A program made the position numbers and the translations under genes. From assembly GCA_951406725.2 (NCBI GenBank), contig OX597827.1, positions 55,986,001 to 56,050,000 of the forward strand: a stretch of DNA of 64,000 nt, read 5' to 3'. The DNA comes from Octopus vulgaris (Eukaryota). This document shows positions 52,723 to 64,000 of the stretch, in pieces. Position 1 is the first letter of the stretch. Each line of letters opens with the position of its first letter. The notes under the pieces are model-generated. The model saw nothing but the letters and a program-made list of their open reading frames with translations. It searched no databases and was not told the DNA's origin.

Positions 52723-53689
52723 ATGCACACATGTGCGCGCGTGTCTGTGTGGCAAGAAGCTTGCTTCCTAACCATATCGTTCCGGTTTAGGTCCCACTGC
52801 GCTGGCACCTTGGCCAAGTGTCTTCTGCAATAGCGTTGGGCCGACCAAAGCCTTGTGAGTGGACTTGGTAGACAAAAACTTAAAGGAGCCCGTCATATAT
52901 ATATACACACATTAAATATATATATATTAAACTACTTTTTTGACCCGTTGGGTGCCACTGACGGTTCAGGTTATAAAACGCTGAGGTTGATTTCAACATT
53001 GCATTGAAATGAAAGTTAATTTTTATGATGATTCAGTTAAATACCTCAGTTCGTTCGTGTCATCATAGGTCTGGTTTACAAGTTCATGTTTAAGGTTTTA
53101 TTGATTATTTACAGGATCTAATAGAAATAGAACTTACGGGATAAACGTGAACTCCATTAACAGCATTTCTTAATGGCATGTGCGCACACTTCTACAAAAA
53201 TGGGAAAGGAATTGTTATATAACGTAAGCAGGAAATGAATGGAAACAAATTTTCCCATTTCAAGGTTATGTTACTTTCGGAGTATTTTCCCATCATGCAC
53301 CGTTTTGGTTATTTATGAAGGTATCCCCCACCCTAACACCCCCACCAAAAAAAACCAGCGTATCTCGGAAATCTAATTTACGCGGAACTTGTTTTATTCC
53401 GTTTGTATTCACATTTCAAGGGTACCTTACTTTTAAAGTATTTTCCCCATTATGCGCCGGTTTGGCTGTATTAAATTACAGACAAGCACGCACGCCAGCA
53501 AGCACACAAACAAAACTATCATAACTATGGATGTGTACCCCCCACCGACTTTGTTGCCTCATAACTTCCAGAAAAATGGATAGTTTTTTAACGAAATTTT
53601 CAGCAAATACAGCTAATATGCTGTGGATTCAGAGTATATAGGGATTTTATAGGAAAGAATTTTTTCGAGTGGGTAGGAAGAGTAGTTTC

Positions 53690-54582
53690 GGATGGAAAAA
53701 ATGATAATCAGATGGGGCAATGTCCGGCGAATATGGTGGGTAGGGCATCGTTTCCCATTCAAACTGCTAGCCTTTGGAATGTCATCCTTACTGTATGTGG
53801 CCGAGCATTATCCTGATAGAAGAAAACCTTTCGTCTTGGAACCAAAGATGATCGTTATTCTTCTAGCGCTGACTTAAGCCGCTCAGGCTGCTCACAGTAG
53901 AACTCTTTTTTATTGTTTGGTTTGGTTTTAAAAGTTCAAAGAGGGCTAAACCTTTCATATCCCACCAAAAAGAAAACAACATTTTCACGTAGTTGAAGAC
54001 ATTCTTTAGCCTGGAGTGCCGGTTTTTTTTTCTCCTTTCCCTACCCGTTGTCTTCGGCGCTTTGACATTTTTATGGAGAACCTATTTCTCGTCACCAGTC
54101 ACTATTCGGTCCAAAAACAAAGTTCATTCAAGAGACGTGACAGCAAAGAAGAGCAAACGTTCACTCTCTTTGCAGGACGTCCTTGTCGAGCTCTGCAGAT
54201 CTTCCAGGATGAGGCTCGTCTTCTAGGCTATAGTTTCTGGCTTGGAATTTCTGAAACTACTGTTGACACTGGCTTACTCTTATTGTCCGATTCCCATATA
54301 CTGCATTAATATTCCTCGCACTTTCCGTTGCGTTATTGCCTTTATTGAAGTCATAAAGCAAAATATGCGGAATATGCTCCTTTATCACTTCCATTATAGC
54401 TTTTAAAAAAAAGTAACTGTTAAAATCGAACCGAACTCTTCAAATCTTGCACTGAGAATAAGCACAAGGTAAAATTACTACCTGCTTTTTAGCAAATTGA
54501 TGCAGGTAGTTTATCCCGTTCCCCTCCGACTTTTTAGTTCATGCAATTGAAAAAGCCGCATTATTTATAGGATGACCCAATA
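53690..54582 (-). mobile_element. Degenerate mariner transposon
   Basis: HPPYSPDIAPSDYHFF motif near 53700-53745; N-terminal HILLYDFNKG..ATESARNINAVYG; terminus TA|TTGGGTCATCC. Confidence 0.85.
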
Positions 54583-55162
54583 CACGTACACGTACTTTTG
54601 TCCCATTTTCTATCGAAAATAATATAAGTTTTTGTCTTATGTATGATAAATGTTTTAAAGTTACTGCAGATCCAGCAAATACATTCCCTCTGATTTTTTT
54701 TTTCTCTATTCTTTATAACAGATATGACAGTTACTCCATTTGTTTGTATTAGAACTGTTTCGTTGTTCGTGATGGGCTCTGTCCATTCAGTACGTGATTT
54801 AATTTTGAAATATATTTGACATTCGAAACCCTGTTTATTCAGTCTCGAAAATATCTAACAAACACATTGTAAAAGAGTACGTAAAATGAAACGTAAGAAG
54901 TGAAATGAAAATAAAATGGAGGGAAACGAATTGCCGAAATGGAATCGACGAGGTGTAGGCATCACTATGTTGTTAAGAATTTCACTTTGCAACCACAAAG
55001 TTTCGAGTTCAGTCCCACTGGGCCGCACCTTGAGCAAGTGTCTTCCACTATAGCCGCGAATCGACCAATGCCTTGTAAGTGAATTTGGTGGACAAAAACT
55101 ATGTGGAAGTCCATCGAGTGTATGTGTGTGTGTGTGTATATATGTGTGTGTAATTTTATATA

Positions 55163-55219
<57 letters not shown>

Positions 55220-55482
55220 ATGAGATCCTTGTGAGAAGCTTACAAATTCTGTATCTAGGTTATGGGGTTCACACTGAGACACTTGACAGAGTACCTGAAC
55301 ACCAGTCTGGAAAAGTTGAGATTCATAAATATGGAACAGCTAGTAACTGGTTCTCACACTGTCAGTGTATATGAATGAAATCGTTTCTGGAAATTCAGGT
55401 TCTAAAATATCTCAGCTGTTTTGCCTTTTTCTTTGCTTATAGGAAATGAGAACAAATTATTAAAGTAAGCAAATACGAGCGT

Positions 55483-55524
<42 letters not shown>

Positions 55525-55929
55525 TGTTAACATTTCATGCGTACGTATATGGTCAAAATAACTCATGCATATACATTTAGTTAACGTTTCCACCCGATGT
55601 CTGGTTAACCGGCTGGATATTTATAATTTCTAGGAGAACCTTTACTACCACCACCGCCATTTCTTTCACCCTTTCCACCACCACCACCAACAACAACAAC
55701 AAGAACAGTAATGCCAACGACAACAAAATTTAGTATTCTTATGGTGATCACTTGTCTAGCTGGTGTAAACGTTTATATCAAATGCCTGTGTAAAGACTAT
55801 CTCCTACGGCGATCGCCACAATCAGCTGACAAGTTAAAAACTATAATGGTTGATTCTCTACGTTATATCACCGAATGCTTGGCCTTAAACACAGTGAAAG
55901 ACATGCAGCGAATTTGATATCGTGGCCTT

Positions 55930-56275
55930 TTTATTCTTTTACTTGTTTCAGTCATTTGACTGGTCATGCTGGAGCACCACCTTGCAGTCGAAGAAATCGA
56001 CTCCTGGACTTATTATTTTTTTTATAAGTCTGGTGCTTATTCTATCGGTTTCTTCTGCCGAACCGCTAAGTTACGTGGACGTAAACACACCAACCTCGGT
56101 TGTCAAGAGATGGTGGGGGGAGGGGAAACAAACACTCAAACACACACACACACACACATACACACATACGACGGGCATCTTTCCGTTTCCATCTACCAAA
56201 TCCACTCACAAAGCTTTGGTCGGGCCGAGGCTGTAGTAGAAGACATTTGTCCAAGATTCCACGCAGCAGGACTAC
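55930..56275 (-). mobile_element. SINE family 1 (further partial copies at ~5993, 40690, 44610, 51370, 52745, 54953 and 56558)
   Basis: TCCATCTACCAAATCCACTCACAAAGCTTTGGTCGG block. Confidence 0.8.
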
Positions 56276-56687
56276 ATTGGTTATTCAATACTTTATCAAC
56301 AATTTATCATTTTTGCCTCTAACACATACCCATATATTCACGTGAGGCAAATCTTAAATCTTGTTACATCGCCATAATTATTCAAGTCCCCCCTCCCCCA
56401 GTAAACACACTCCGACTTATTTCCTCGTAACTTTCGGAGATATTGGTGTTTTTTTTTTAATGAAATTTTCTACGAATACTTTTTAGATGGTGTAGATTAC
56501 GATTATATTGGAATTTAATGTGAAAGAAAAACAAATGGTGAGACCTTACACTTACAGACGCAGACGTAGCTGTGTGGTAAAAAGTTTGCTTCCCAACCAC
56601 ATGGTTCCGGGTTCGTTCCCTACTAAAACCTCAGGCCGACCAAAGCTTTGTGAGTGGATTTGGGAGATGGAAACTGCAATAAACCGT

Positions 56688-56752
<65 letters not shown>

Positions 56753-56811
56753 GTATATATATATATGTATATATATATATGTATATATATATATGAATAT
56801 ATATATATATG

Positions 56812-56862
<51 letters not shown>

Positions 56863-56886
56863 TTTATTTTAAGCAGCAGAAAATTC

Positions 56887-56940
56887 AACAAAATCTGTTA
56901 CTCTGAGTTTCTCGTTGCCGTTCATCAGACAGTTTTTGCT
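56887..56940 (-). ncRNA. Minimal hammerhead ribozyme in the PLE 3' end
   Basis: Mirror image of 60371-60424. Confidence 0.65.
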
Positions 56941-57932
56941 AGAATGGAACATATATATTAATTCAATCTATACTCTTACAAACGCTACACCTTTAAAAAG
57001 AAATGGACTTGTTTGATTGGCCCTTTAGAAAAAACGGTCAATCTTCGAGCGATAAACAAAAAGGTCAAAAATATATGTATATATATATAAAAAAACTTAT
57101 AAAAATTATAAAATCCGAGGAAAAAACCGAGGAAAAAACCTATTGCCGTTAATGAAGACAGTACAAATTAATGCATAGAAATTAAACCTGTTATAAATAC
57201 TGCAATACATATTTATATTAAAATCCACATATATATATCAACATACACAAAAGGATGCGCGTAAACGCCATACATACATATACAGACGTATGAATATGAA
57301 TCTAAATTATACACATAAAAGCATGTGTACATATATTCACGCAAACCGTCTCGCACGCAAGCTAAAATTCATCTATGTAGCAATTCTCATATACTGAGCA
57401 AGGAGGGGGAACGAAAGAAAGGGAAAGAGAGAAAAAAGAAACGAAGGAGGGGTGGGGAAAAACTTGTAGCGATATTATTGGCATCTATAGAGGCCAGTAT
57501 ACATACACAAGTTTGAATTGATACATATACATACCGTCGTGTGTATGCGTGCTTAAGCACAAGCATACTTTCACTTACACATACGCAGATACGCATGCTT
57601 ACAAATATATATGCTTTGCTATATACAAACTTATATAAACATTCTAAATTTGACAACATTGCTTTTTAAAAAAAAACAAAAAAACATTGCTTTTAAAAAA
57701 TGGGTGCATTAATAAAAATATATACGAAAGACATATAAAATAAAATATAACATCCTATTTTGGGTCATTTATAAATAATCAAGGTAATCTTATGCAATAC
57801 AATAACATGAAAACAAAGTTTGTAGGTTTTTCCTAATATATATGTAGAAACAATAAGACTTTGCTATAGGTCCGTCGTAGCGCTCCAGAGTCAAAAATCA
57901 AAATCAAAAAATCAAAATACAAAATATATACT

Positions 57933-59081
57933 CTATCCATATGGTATATTTATATTCGACATTTTAAATTTAGCCGTGTGCCTACATAAGTTCATTAATT
58001 CACTTCTTTGATTCAAAGAATTATTGTCTTTGAATAATATGTGCATTTTTTCTAATAAGCAAAGCCTGCACTTGAAATTATATTTGTAAGCTCCATGCCT
58101 GTATGGTGCCGCCCTGTCCAGAACGCTCCATGTCACGTTGAAAGGTGGGGCTTCCTTTTCTTTTAGTTCCCAGACATATTTTGCTAGGCTGGTTTTCTTT
58201 CTGTTCTCTGGGTATTTAAAAGAATTCTTATGAGAATAAAATCTTGTTTTAAATGAATTTTCTGAAGCCCCTGTGTATGTCTTGTATTCCGATGAGCCTT
58301 CCACTTGCACCTTGGCTCTATAAACTACTCCTTTCACTAGACATTTCCCTTCTAACGGACAGGAGTTTTCGTTTTTGAAATTACATTTCTTAATGGGCTC
58401 GGCACCATGTCTAATCTCAATTAGCTTCCTATTATGTTGGCTAATGTAAGAGGCGAAATTTCTGCAACAAGAATAGCTAACCTTCAGGGTTCTTCTATTA
58501 AATATTCTGTAGAATTTATGACCCTGCCTAAAATGCTTAGAGACTAATCTCAAAAATTCTTTACCTATATTAGTCTTTACGGCCAAATTGAAAGCCGGGT
58601 TGAACCACAAAACTTTCCTGGTCCTAGTTCTTCGTGCAGCATTATTATTAGCATTAAGCTGGTTGAACTGGATCTTCTCCGAGAATCCACTATTCTTTAA
58701 TGCGCTATCGTAATAAGGTGCAGCATTATGGAATGCTGCCTCGTCCGAAGAAATTGAAGATATTCTTCTACCTACATTGCTGACTAAGTTGCTAAGGATA
58801 ACTGGTGGATGGTTCGAATCTTTGCTAATATACGATAGCTTTTCATTGGGCTTACGGAAAGGTTTAAATCTATCCGATCTTACATTAAAATTTACGTCTA
58901 AAAAATCTACACTATTCAGGTTAGTATCTATCGTAATCCGTAAGCCCATCCTTTGAAAGAAAGCTATAAGGTCCTTCCTAAGTCTATCTGATTCATGGCC
59001 GTTTAGATTATGCGTGGCTATAAGGCCGTCATCCCTATATAGACCTGCATCTATAAATGGGAATTCTATTTTTATTCTCAT
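57933..59081 (-). CDS. PLE reverse transcriptase (C-terminal part) plus GIY-YIG endonuclease, 5'-truncated
   Basis: GLYRDDG, FLDV, SNHPP, WFNP, C..CPLEGKC linker, VVY...YTG, FKTRFYSH, CRLCLLEK and CRH; 382 aa uninterrupted. The ATG falls at the inversion junction. Confidence 0.9.
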   Translation of the reverse strand: MRIKIEFPFIDAGLYRDDGLIATHNLNGHESDRLRKDLIAFFQRMGLRITIDTNLNSVDFLDVNFNVRSDRFKPFRKPNEKLSYISKDSNHPPVILSNLVSNVGRRISSISSDEAAFHNAAPYYDSALKNSGFSEKIQFNQLNANNNAARRTRTRKVLWFNPAFNLAVKTNIGKEFLRLVSKHFRQGHKFYRIFNRRTLKVSYSCCRNFASYISQHNRKLIEIRHGAEPIKKCNFKNENSCPLEGKCLVKGVVYRAKVQVEGSSEYKTYTGASENSFKTRFYSHKNSFKYPENRKKTSLAKYVWELKEKEAPPFNVTWSVLDRAAPYRHGAYKYNFKCRLCLLEKMHILFKDNNSLNQRSELMNLCRHTAKFKMSNINIPYG

Positions 59082-60370
59082 AAGAATTCTTTTAAATACC
59101 CAGAGAACAGAAAGAAAACCAGCCTAGCAAAATATGTCTGGGAACTAAAAGAAAAGGAAGCCCCACCTTTCAACGTGACATGGAGCATTCTGGACAGGGC
59201 GGCACCATACAGGCATGGAGCTTACAAATATAATTTCAAGTGCAGGCTTTGCTTATTAGAAAAAATGCACATATTATTCAAAGACAATAATTCTTTGAAT
59301 CAAAGAAGTGAATTAATGAACTTATGTAGGCACACGGCTAAATTTAAAATGTCGAATATAAATATACCATATGGATAGAGTATATATTTTGTATTTTGAT
59401 TTTTTGATTTTGATTTTTGACTCTGGAGCGCTACGACGGACCTATAGCAAAGTCTTATTGTTTCTACATATATATTAGGAAAAACCTACAAACTTTGTTT
59501 TCATGTTATTGTATTGCATAAGATTACCTTGATTATTTATAAATGACCCAAAATAGGATGTTATATTTTATTTTATATGTCTTTCGTATATATTTTTATT
59601 AATGCACCCATTTTTTAAAAGCAATGTTTTTTTGTTTTTTTTTAAAAAGCAATGTTGTCAAATTTAGAATGTTTATATAAGTTTGTATATAGCAAAGCAT
59701 ATATATTTGTAAGCATGCGTATCTGCGTATGTGTAAGTGAAAGTATGCTTGTGCTTAAGCACGCATACACACGACGGTATGTATATGTATCAATTCAAAC
59801 TTGTGTATGTATACTGGCCTCTATAGATGCCAATAATATCGCTACAAGTTTTTCCCCACCCCTCCTTCGTTTCTTTTTTCTCTCTTTCCCTTTCTTTCGT
59901 TCCCCCTCCTTGCTCAGTATATGAGAATTGCTACATAGATGAATTTTAGCTTGCGTGCGAGACGGTTTGCGTGAATATATGTACACATGCTTTTATGTGT
60001 ATAATTTAGATTCATATTCATACGTCTGTATATGTATGTATGGCGTTTACGCGCATCCTTTTGTGTATGTTGATATATATATGTGGATTTTAATATAAAT
60101 ATGTATTGCAGTATTTATAACAGGTTTAATTTCTATGCATTAATTTGTACTGTCTTCATTAACGGCAATAGGTTTTTTCCTCGGTTTTTTCCTCGGATTT
60201 TATAATTTTTATAAGTTTTTTTATATATATATACATATATTTTTGACCTTTTTGTTTATCGCTCGAAGATTGACCGTTTTTTCTAAAGGGCCAATCAAAC
60301 AAGTCCATTTCTTTTTAAAGGTGTAGCGTTTGTAAGAGTATAGATTGAATTAATATATATGTTCCATTCT

Positions 60371-60424
60371 AGCAAAAACTGTCTGATGAACGGCAACGAG
60401 AAACTCAGAGTAACAGATTTTGTT
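60371..60424 (+). ncRNA. Minimal hammerhead ribozyme in the inverted PLE arm
   Basis: AGCAAAAACTGT-CTGATGA-ACG(GCAA)CGA-GAAAC-TCAGA-GTA^ACAGATTTTGTT; near-palindromic ACTCAGAGT stem III. Confidence 0.65.
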
Positions 60425-60518
60425 GAATTTTCTGCTGCTTAAAATAAAGCATATTACTCTACCACTGGTATTTGAGTACTCTTTTTTCCACCTTGTTTCG
60501 CATTTATGTGTTTACTCC

Positions 60519-60594
<76 letters not shown>

Positions 60595-61010
60595 AAAAGG
60601 AGTATTCAGGTAGATTCAACCATTTAGAATAATAATACATGTACTCAGCCATAAAACAGGTGTATGTAAATTATTAAAATATATTTAATGTATCACTCAT
60701 TAAAATATTGAAAAATATTATAAATTTACAAGCACATTATATATGTAAAAATGTAATAGACATCTATGGGTACAAAACTCTGTTAATGTATAAAAATATA
60801 TTAGCATCTTAAAAGGTATATATTGAAGACATCGTTCTACTTACAGATTAAGAGCGTTGTTAAAAAGATATTAAAAATATATATTAAAATATGAAAGTAT
60901 ACATCCTCGCGAAAAAGTGAATAAAGAAATGTTTAAGCATCCATATGGAAGGTAAAGTTTCCAATTCTTAGATGGAGGTACGCGCTAATTTCAAGAATTA
61001 AGTGGTGATA

Positions 61011-61100
61011 CTCCGACGGCCGTTTCAAGAGTACAGTAATCCACACAAATAAAGGATGTTCCTATCGAAATTTTAGACACTGCCTCCTTCATCAGGGGGA
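61011..61100 (-). ncRNA. Hammerhead ribozyme with an extended stem II, in the PLE 3' UTR
   Basis: CCCC-CTGATGA-AGGAG-GCAGT...ACTGT-A-CTCTT-GAAAC-GGCC-GTC^GGAG. Confidence 0.7.
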
Positions 61101-62287
61101 ATGTATTGGTTAAGGATTAATATCTTATATATTGTCATAATTAGTAAATGAGTGTTTGGTTTTATAAAGAGCTACACGTGTTAGCAAGAGGAAATATTAT
61201 AGCAAGAATTGTGGGGAGTAAATTTAGAAATTGTGATAGATTATAAGCAAGTGATTATTCACTAAGAGGAAGGTGAGGGGGATGCGACTATAAATATTAA
61301 GTGGAATGTAACTAATTATAGAGTTTAATGATCAACCTATCCAGATTGATCAAAATGCTTAAATACTGAATGGTGTCTATGGTTACAAGAATACATATTC
61401 GGAGGGGATTCTACTATTATAGACCAAGGTAATGAATACTGTTTATTCTTTAGCTTAAGTTCGTGTATATATGTGGCTAGCGTTGTTGTGAATACATATT
61501 TTAAGTTAGTAAAAGAATTCAAATGAACCCTATACCGACGCTTAAAATCAGTAGTACTTCCTACCCTCTGTGCGGCAGGAATCTCTACACAGCACTTATA
61601 TACTACATTTCTTCGCAGACAGGATCCAGCAAGTGGGCATGAGTCCAGGATGCGACAATTACATGCTTCTTGCATCAGCATTAATCTTCCGTTTAACTGA
61701 GGTCAGAGCACCCTCAACTGGTAGAAGGTGCCCTGGTGTTTCATTTCTATTAGAAGTAGTATGGGTTTTTGAGTTATGGGTACAATACAAAGATTTAGGT
61801 GGGTAGACGTCTTAAGTCTAAGTTTGGATCTATTAATGGAGGCTATAATCGATCTTTAATTTGGTGTAGTGGAATACGAAAGTTTCACAGGCGACTTGTT
61901 GAAGATAAAATAATATTTATGATGTTTTGGAAAGTTTTCTTTCAAAATTTTAATGAATAGTTTCGGTAATAATCTAACCTAAATAGAGAAGGGCGGGGCG
62001 AACCATATAATTTCACGTTTCCTGGATTTTAAAATATTTGGTTTCATTAAGTAGGCTGAAGTTATGCGATTTATACGTATGGTAATTCCTAAATGACACA
62101 TTATTTATTTGGGCGTTATCCGTAAATGTTTTTTTAAATCTATTTAATTGGTTTATTTAAAGAGGTGGCCATAGTATCAGATTGTGAGTTAGTTCTCGTG
62201 AAGAGATTGGAATTTTAATTTTGAGTATTGTATCAGGGATATAGACTAGCTTATCTTTGAAGCCTCTTAATTTTAGAGCTTGATTAT

Positions 62288-62968
62288 CTGTAGCGGCTCG
62301 TGTATAGATACTGCAAAACTGCAGCACCCCCTATTTCCACACGATATAATCGATAACAGTCAGTATAATGAGTCCTTTTTTCTTTAATTCTTTCTTTATA
62401 CTTGTACATTATATATCCTTAAGATTAATGTCAGTAGATATCTAGTTTATCAAAAAATACAAAAATCCTTGTATAGAACTGTGCGCTTCACAGTTCCAGC
62501 GACGTGGTGTTTGGCTGTTGTGCGCATGCTCACATGTCCGAGATAAGAAGCTTCACACTAGGGACAGACAGCACTGTTGTTCACGCAGTGCCGGTGAAAG
62601 GTAGTGTTTCTTTTTGACTCTGCGTGTGTTGTACTTAAAAACGTGTTTATTTTCTTGAATGTGATAAAGTGTAGAATTAGATTATTATCCTCCTTCCAGC
62701 TTCAGCGTTCTTGTCAGGATTTGAAAAATGGGGAAGATTTTCCCACTTCTTTTATAATTTAGGGATTTTTGAAAAACAAGGGGGAATTCACAGCGATGTT
62801 CAGTGAACAAATTAAACACACCACCCAGCAGTGGCTAAAACGCGAACCGATCAAGTTTATGTATGAATATTCTTTGTATATGTTTGTTTCCTTTTACACA
62901 AAATTAAAACAACGGCTAAAACATTTTAAAGCAACACCCCAACTAATTTTATCTACGAGCCGCCACTG
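62288..62968. mobile_element. hAT-type non-autonomous element splitting the PLE ORF
   Basis: TIRs CTGTAGCGGCTCGT / ACGAGCCGCCACTG; TSD TTGATTAT / TTGGTTAT; removing it restores APYYNQALKLRGFKD. Confidence 0.85.
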
Positions 62969-64000
62969 TTGGTTATAATATGGAGCATGAGTGTTGAATA
63001 TCTACTCATTGGCAGATAAGTTTGAAATTCTAATAGAAATGGCATGTTACCATGCTATTAAGGGTTGATCTAGGATGATTAGAGAGAATATTTAAGTACT
63101 GAAGGGTTTGGTTGGGTCACCTATATGGATGGTGAAGATTACTGTTAAGATTAAGTGTGACATCCAAGAAGTTGGCTACCTTATCCATTTCAAATACAAC
63201 ATTTAAATTAGGATTTAAAAAAAATTTTATCAAAGATTCTTTAGTGCGTCCAATCTCCGGGTGGGATAAATTTTTAGTTGCGAAAAGTGCATCGTCTCTA
63301 TAGAGACCACCGAAGATGTTAGGAAAATATCGCTTTATTTGTGAGAGGAGAAATAAACCCACAAGGTCTCTTATTTGGGCTGAGGCAGATGAGCCCATTG
63401 TTATATCCAAAAAATTTGAGGATGCGTTTCGAGTCCAGTTATTATCATTAAAGTTGACGAGAGTTTTTCTAGCTGCCAAGATTAGGTCTATATCACATGC
63501 AGAAAATGGTTGCATAGTTTCGGGCAAAGGTTAATGCTTTACCCAATAGGATGGGAGATATTGATGCATAAAAATAAGATATATGAAACTGAATGAAATT
63601 AATGTTTGTCGTTGAGGGAGTGAAACCACGTGATTAAAACACCAGTAGAATTCCAAACAAAAATATTATATGCATTTATATATATATATGTACACGCACA
63701 CGCACACACACTCAGCTGGGTGGCGTCATTTGAAGGCTAAAACAATGCAAAAGCGCATTGTGACCAGCGATGTGTAACAACATCTGATAGCCTGGTCGGT
63801 CATGTGATGTGTGTGTGTGTGCTGTATGTATAGGCGCCTACGGTGTTTTGTTTTAGCATTGAATTCCGATATAATAGTCTACACCAACTGAAGGTATTTG
63901 TAGAAAATTTCATCAAAAATATCTATTTTCCTGAATGTTATGAAAAAACAAAGCCGGGAGTGCGGGAGGGGGTAGAATACATGCCACTACAAATATATCG

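Larger units (their letters stand above)
56862..60510 (-). mobile_element. Young 5'-truncated Penelope-like (Naiad-type) element with a 1.38-kb inverted duplication, inserted in (TA)n
   Basis: 56862-58241 mirrors 59070-60449 almost perfectly; the right arm extends ~60 nt further. Confidence 0.93.
60590..63535 (-). mobile_element. Degenerate Penelope-like (Naiad-type) element
   Basis: DITMGS..GLYRDD..FLDV (63117-63527), IIWFAPP, CNCRILDSCPLAGSC..VVYKC..FKRRY (61337-61681); AT-rich 3' UTR containing an HHR. Confidence 0.88.

Noticed and set aside
57933-59081. Selenocysteine recoding as reported for some Naiad PLEs
   Set aside because: No in-frame TGA in the surviving ORF, and the stop codon is TAG.

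Overview
AT-rich, repeat-dense animal genomic DNA. The SINE families and the (TA)n/(CA)n load suggest an octopus or other cephalopod (inference). The window is mostly intronic or intergenic. There is one good candidate first coding exon of a secreted protein (23853-24150, +) and a weak candidate exon set on the - strand near 1.1-4.3 kb. The rest is mobile DNA: at least four tRNA-derived SINE families; RTE-like, Tx1/L1-like, CRE-like and possibly Dong-like LINE relics; mariner, hAT, piggyBac-like and Helitron elements; and three Penelope-like (PLE) coding relics, two of them Naiad-type. Two hidden systems stand out. (1) About 8-11 minimal type-I hammerhead ribozyme (HHR) motifs sit in PLE ends and small non-coding derivatives. 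One derivative is a 0.5-kb tRNA-headed, HHR-tailed fold-back element with an 11-bp target-site duplication (TSD); it copies the architecture of a young 3.6-kb inverted Penelope. A recurrent non-canonical core (CUGUNGA plus an extra A) also occurs. (2) About 11 GG-terminal MITEs from several sequence families, several with clear 8-bp TSDs, nearly all carry internal telomeric TTAGGG repeats; one is flanked by a ~244-bp duplication. All calls were made by eye; repeat boundaries are approximate unless a TSD is quoted.
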